This document shows positions 60,429-64,000 of a stretch of 64,000 nt of DNA, one piece after another. The notes beneath the pieces were generated by a model. That model was not told the origin of the DNA. It searched no databases and saw only the letters and a program-made list of their open reading frames with translations. Made by a program: the position numbers and the translations under genes. Position 1 is the first letter of the stretch; the number at the start of each line of letters is the position of its first letter. The stretch comes from the human T2T-CHM13v2.0 reference genome, Homo sapiens. Where the stretch lies: assembly GCF_009914755.1 (NCBI RefSeq), contig NC_060928.1; one strand, 5' to 3'.

Positions 60429-62633
60429 GGCTATGGTGTGTGCTCGGCGGGGCTGGAGCGGCTGGCTTACCTCCTTGTGGCTTACAGCCTGGACGCCTCA
60501 GTCGCCTCACTACTGGGCCTGCTGGGCTTGTGGCTGTCACGCCCGGTTTCCCTCGTGGCTGGAGCAGGGGTGCACCTGCTGCTCACCTTCATCCTCTTTT
60601 TCTGGGCCCCTGTGCCTTGGGTCCTTCAACACAGCTGGATCCTCTGTGTGGCAGCCGCCCTTTGGGGTGTGGGCAGCACCCTGAACAAAACTGGACTCAG
60701 CAGTGAGTATAGCTGTGGGCACTGGGAGGGCAGGGCAGGGGGCTTTATGGCTATCTGTGGGTGGTTGGCTAGACATAGACATCCCAGGGACAGATATGGG
60801 GTCCCATGGTCACATAGCATCCTGTGGACATGACAGAGTCCAGTGGGTCTTCCTGTGGACACTCCAGGGGTGGAAGGGAAGTCTCATGGACACACTGGGG
60901 GCAGATGGGTAGGGCGTGGACACCCTGGAGACAGGTGTGGGGGTTCCACGCCATGGACATTCCATTAATACCCCATGGTGGGCACAGGGCCCCATCAACA
61001 CTGGAGCATCAGTGTGAAATCTCGTGGCTACAGGGGGCAGGTGTGGGGCTCTGTGGACACCCCTTAGGGACGGTATGAAAAACACATCAGGGATTCTTCC
61101 TTTTCATACCAGGGGACAGGGCTTACCCTGGCATATTTTTCATGACACTTGGAGCAGATGTTTTGGTCTCTGCCTCACAGAGCATGTGGTAGGAGCAAGT
61201 GGCCTGTTGTACATCCACGGCATAGATACAGACATGGGCCTTTGTATAGAGAGGAGCAGGCCTGCAGCCCCAACCCAGTCTGCTCAGTACCAGAGTCCAG
61301 GCCCCAGGTCTGGGCTGCTGGGGAACAGGGCCCTGTTTGCAGAAGGCAGCGGGTGGGCCCATGTTCAGCTCCAGGATGCTCCCTGCCCACAGATGGGCAC
61401 ATGCAGTGACACACAGCTAGCACACATGGGCACAGTCCTGCAGGGCATCCATGTCAGTGTCTGTTCTGATGGGCCGAAACTAAGAACAGTTTTGAACGTC
61501 ATCCTTGGGGGTGTGGAGTGGCAGAGGTCATGCCTGCTCCTGGCAGGGCAGAGGGTGGCTCGGTGTCTCTGTCTGTAGCAGGGGCTGGAGCCTCATACTG
61601 CACCACAGTCTCTTGGCCGTTTTGCCCAAGGATAGTCAATTCTGGGCAGAGTCCATCCTGGGTATCTTGGACCCATGTTGTGCCCTGTCTGGTCATGGCA
61701 TCCCCTCTGCCCAGCTCCATATCCCATCTCCTCCGGTGAACCCTGGGGGATCCTTGTCTCTTCATAGCAGCACTGTGGGGGTAAAGTCACCCTGCAGGGC
61801 CCCAAGACAGGAGTGTTCATGTCCTGAGTGCCTGGTGAAGGTGTTAATAGTGGCCCCTATGATTTGGCAGGTGCCATGCCCACTTTCTCACTTTAGAACT
61901 TCAGAACACAGCACACAATAGGCATAGGCTCATCTCACCATTGGGAAAAGCAGCTCTGGGGAGTTAAGTACCCAAATCACCCACAGAGCCAACGTTACAG
62001 TCCTGAGAACGAGTGTGCATCTTCTGACTCCCAATGCATTACTCTTGTTGCCCACCCTGGGAGGACTCACTGGAAAGGAAGCCCCCTCTCCATGCTTAGC
62101 TTCAGGTTTGATTTGCAGAGTTGGCAGCTGCAAACAGTTCGATCTCTCTAGTCCAGGCTGAGAAAGAGAAACAGCGCCTGCAAGCTTGGTACTGCACACC
62201 TGGGGTTGGGGACAGGACATGACTAAGCACAGAGCTTTCTTCTTTTGAGGCCACGCATGTGGTGCGGAGCGGGACCACCTGCATCCACACAACCCGGCAC
62301 ACCTGCTCCTACTTCTGCTTAGCGTGTGAGCAGCGTGGTGACCAGGGTCTCCACCAGGGGGCAGGCCAGGACCAGCTTACAGCACTTTCTAGGCGCTCTC
62401 TGGTCCCGGGCTGGGACACATACAGGGCTTAGTAAAGTTCGTAGATGGTAGCTAGGCAGCCCCAGGCCCCAGGTGACACCTCTCCCCTGACTGCCCTGTA
62501 CTGCCTGCCTGCAGCACTCCTGGGAATCTTGTACGAAGACAAGGAGAGACAGGACTTCATCTTCACCATCTACCACTGGTGGCAGGCTGTGGCCATCTTC
62601 ACCGTGTACCTGGGCTCGAGCCTGCACATGAAG
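60429..62633 (+). pseudogene. Unprocessed, 5'-truncated UNC93B1 copy: two late exons (60429-60702, 62515-62633), probably exons 9-10
   Basis: GYGVCSAGLERLAYLLVAYSL...LWGVGSTLNKTGLS joined to TLLGILYEDKERQDFIFTIYHWWQAVAIFTVYLGSSLHMK; cag/gt sites intact; 274+119 nt keeps frame; satellite lies where upstream exons would be. Confidence 0.95.
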
Positions 62634-63020
62634 GTGAGACTGGGCAGGGTTGGGGGCCCCATGCCCAATGACAGGTATTTCCTTAGCCCCTGCCCTGGCT
62701 TCACAGCTTCCTAAACGCCACCCCTTCCCAAGCCAGTCTCTGGGCCAAGGCCCCATTCCTGCAGCCCACTGGGTGGCCCCCAACTCAGCACCCCACTTAC
62801 TGGCCCACCTCCAGCCAGTCTCAGTTTGCCCACCTCTGAGGGGATTTGTGGGTGCATCACAGCCATCCTGTGGGCTGTTTGGTACCCTGTTGTCCAGATG
62901 TTGCGTCTGTCTCCCTTCATGTCCTGAACGGGAGCAGGCTTCTCATGCTCTGCTCCCAAAAGATGGTGGCTCGGTCTAGCAAGTCCCAGTTGCTAAACAT
63001 TTTTTAAAAATAGAACTAAA

Positions 63021-63335
63021 GGCCGGGCACGGTGGCTCACGCCTGTAATCCCAGCACTTTGGGAGGCCGAGGCAAGTAGATTGCCTGAGGTAGGGAGTTT
63101 GAAACCAGCCTGACCGACATGGTGAAACCTCGTCTCTTCTAAAAATACAAAAATTAGCTGGGCGTGGTGGCAGGTGGCTGTAATCACAGCTACTCAGGAG
63201 GCTGAGGCAGGAGAATCGCTTGAACTGGGAGGCGGAGGTTGCAGTTAGCCGAGACGGGGCCTTGGCACTCCATCCAGCCTAAGCAACAAGAGCGAAAATC
63301 CATCTCAAAATAAAAATAAAAATAAAAATAAAAAT
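63021..63335 (+). mobile_element. Alu (S-type) with (TAAAAA)n tail
   Basis: TSD aaaaatagaactaaa. Confidence 0.96.
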
Positions 63336-63364
63336 AAAAATAGAACTAAAAATAGCAGGGAGTG

Positions 63365-63680
63365 GGCTGGGAGCAGTGGCTCATGCCTATAATCCCAGCA
63401 TTTTGAGACGCTGAGGTGGGGGTATCACCTGAGATCTGGAGTTCGAGACCGGCCTGTGTAACAGGCTGTGAAACCCTGTCTCTACTAAAAACACAAAAAT
63501 TAGTTGGGCATGGTGGCACGTCCCTGTGATCCCAGCTACTCTGGAGGCTGAGGCACAAGAATGGCCTGAACCTGGGAGATGGAGGTTGCAGTGAGCCAAG
63601 ATTGCGCCACCGCACTTCAGCCTGGAGGACAGAGCGAGACTCTGTCTCCCAAAAAAAAAGGAAAAAAAGAAAAAAGAAAA
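63365..63680 (+). mobile_element. Alu
   Basis: Full Alu; TSD-like agcagggagtg / agcagtgagtg. Confidence 0.95.
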
Positions 63681-63690
63681 GCAGTGAGTG

Positions 63691-64000
63691 GGCTGGGCAT
63701 GGTGGCTCACGCCTGTAATCCCAACACTTTGGGAGGCTGAGGCGGGAGGATTGCTTGAGGCCAGGAGTTCAAGACCAGCCTGGGCAACATAGGAGACCCT
63801 GTCTCTACAAGAAATTTAAAAATTAGCTGGGCGTGATGGCGCGTGCCTGTAGTTCCAGCTGCTTGGGAGACTGAGGTGGGAGGATGGCTTGAGCCTGGAA
63901 GATTGAGGCTGAAGTGAGCGTGCCACTGCGCTCCAGCAGTGGGTGGGGGAAGGGAGGGAGGGGGCGCGGTGGGGAAACGGAGCGACCGTGTCTGGAAAAA
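63691..64000 (+). mobile_element. Alu (J-type) with a G-rich interruption near its 3' end
   Basis: ggaggattgcttgaggccaggagttc; G-runs at 63941-63974. Confidence 0.9.

Overview
This is primate, human-like genomic DNA (Alu, L1, MIR/L2 and HERV repeats). I see no intact protein-coding gene, RNA gene or CRISPR array. It has three domains. (1) 1-23 kb and 38.5-42.3 kb: GC-rich intergenic DNA with Alus, MLT1 LTRs, MIR/L2, a MER53, a 23-bp C-rich minisatellite, several local duplications, and a fossil inversion with a duplicated breakpoint at 1.76-2.96 kb. (2) 23.1-38.5 kb: a nested stack in which an L2 is split by a near-full-length L1MA3-like LINE, itself split by a two-LTR MER4A-type provirus carrying five Alus. 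(3) 42.3-64 kb: a mosaic typical of OR7E segmental duplications: SATR-type satellite, an LTR-less HERV-E gag-pol fragment, more SATR, an OR7E pseudogene, a solo HERV-K LTR5, inverted SATR arms around an AT-rich core, GC-rich SATR, and a 5'-truncated UNC93B1 copy with two intact exons. Human 4p16.1 near HMX1 is my unverified guess for the locus. Repeat subfamily names come from recalled consensus sequences, and old-repeat boundaries are approximate. I cannot support a new biological system. The strongest leads are structural: a twin-hairpin satellite whose GC-rich form shows compensatory changes, strand flips and junctions that fall at its hairpin and AT-rich cores, and the dup-inversion.
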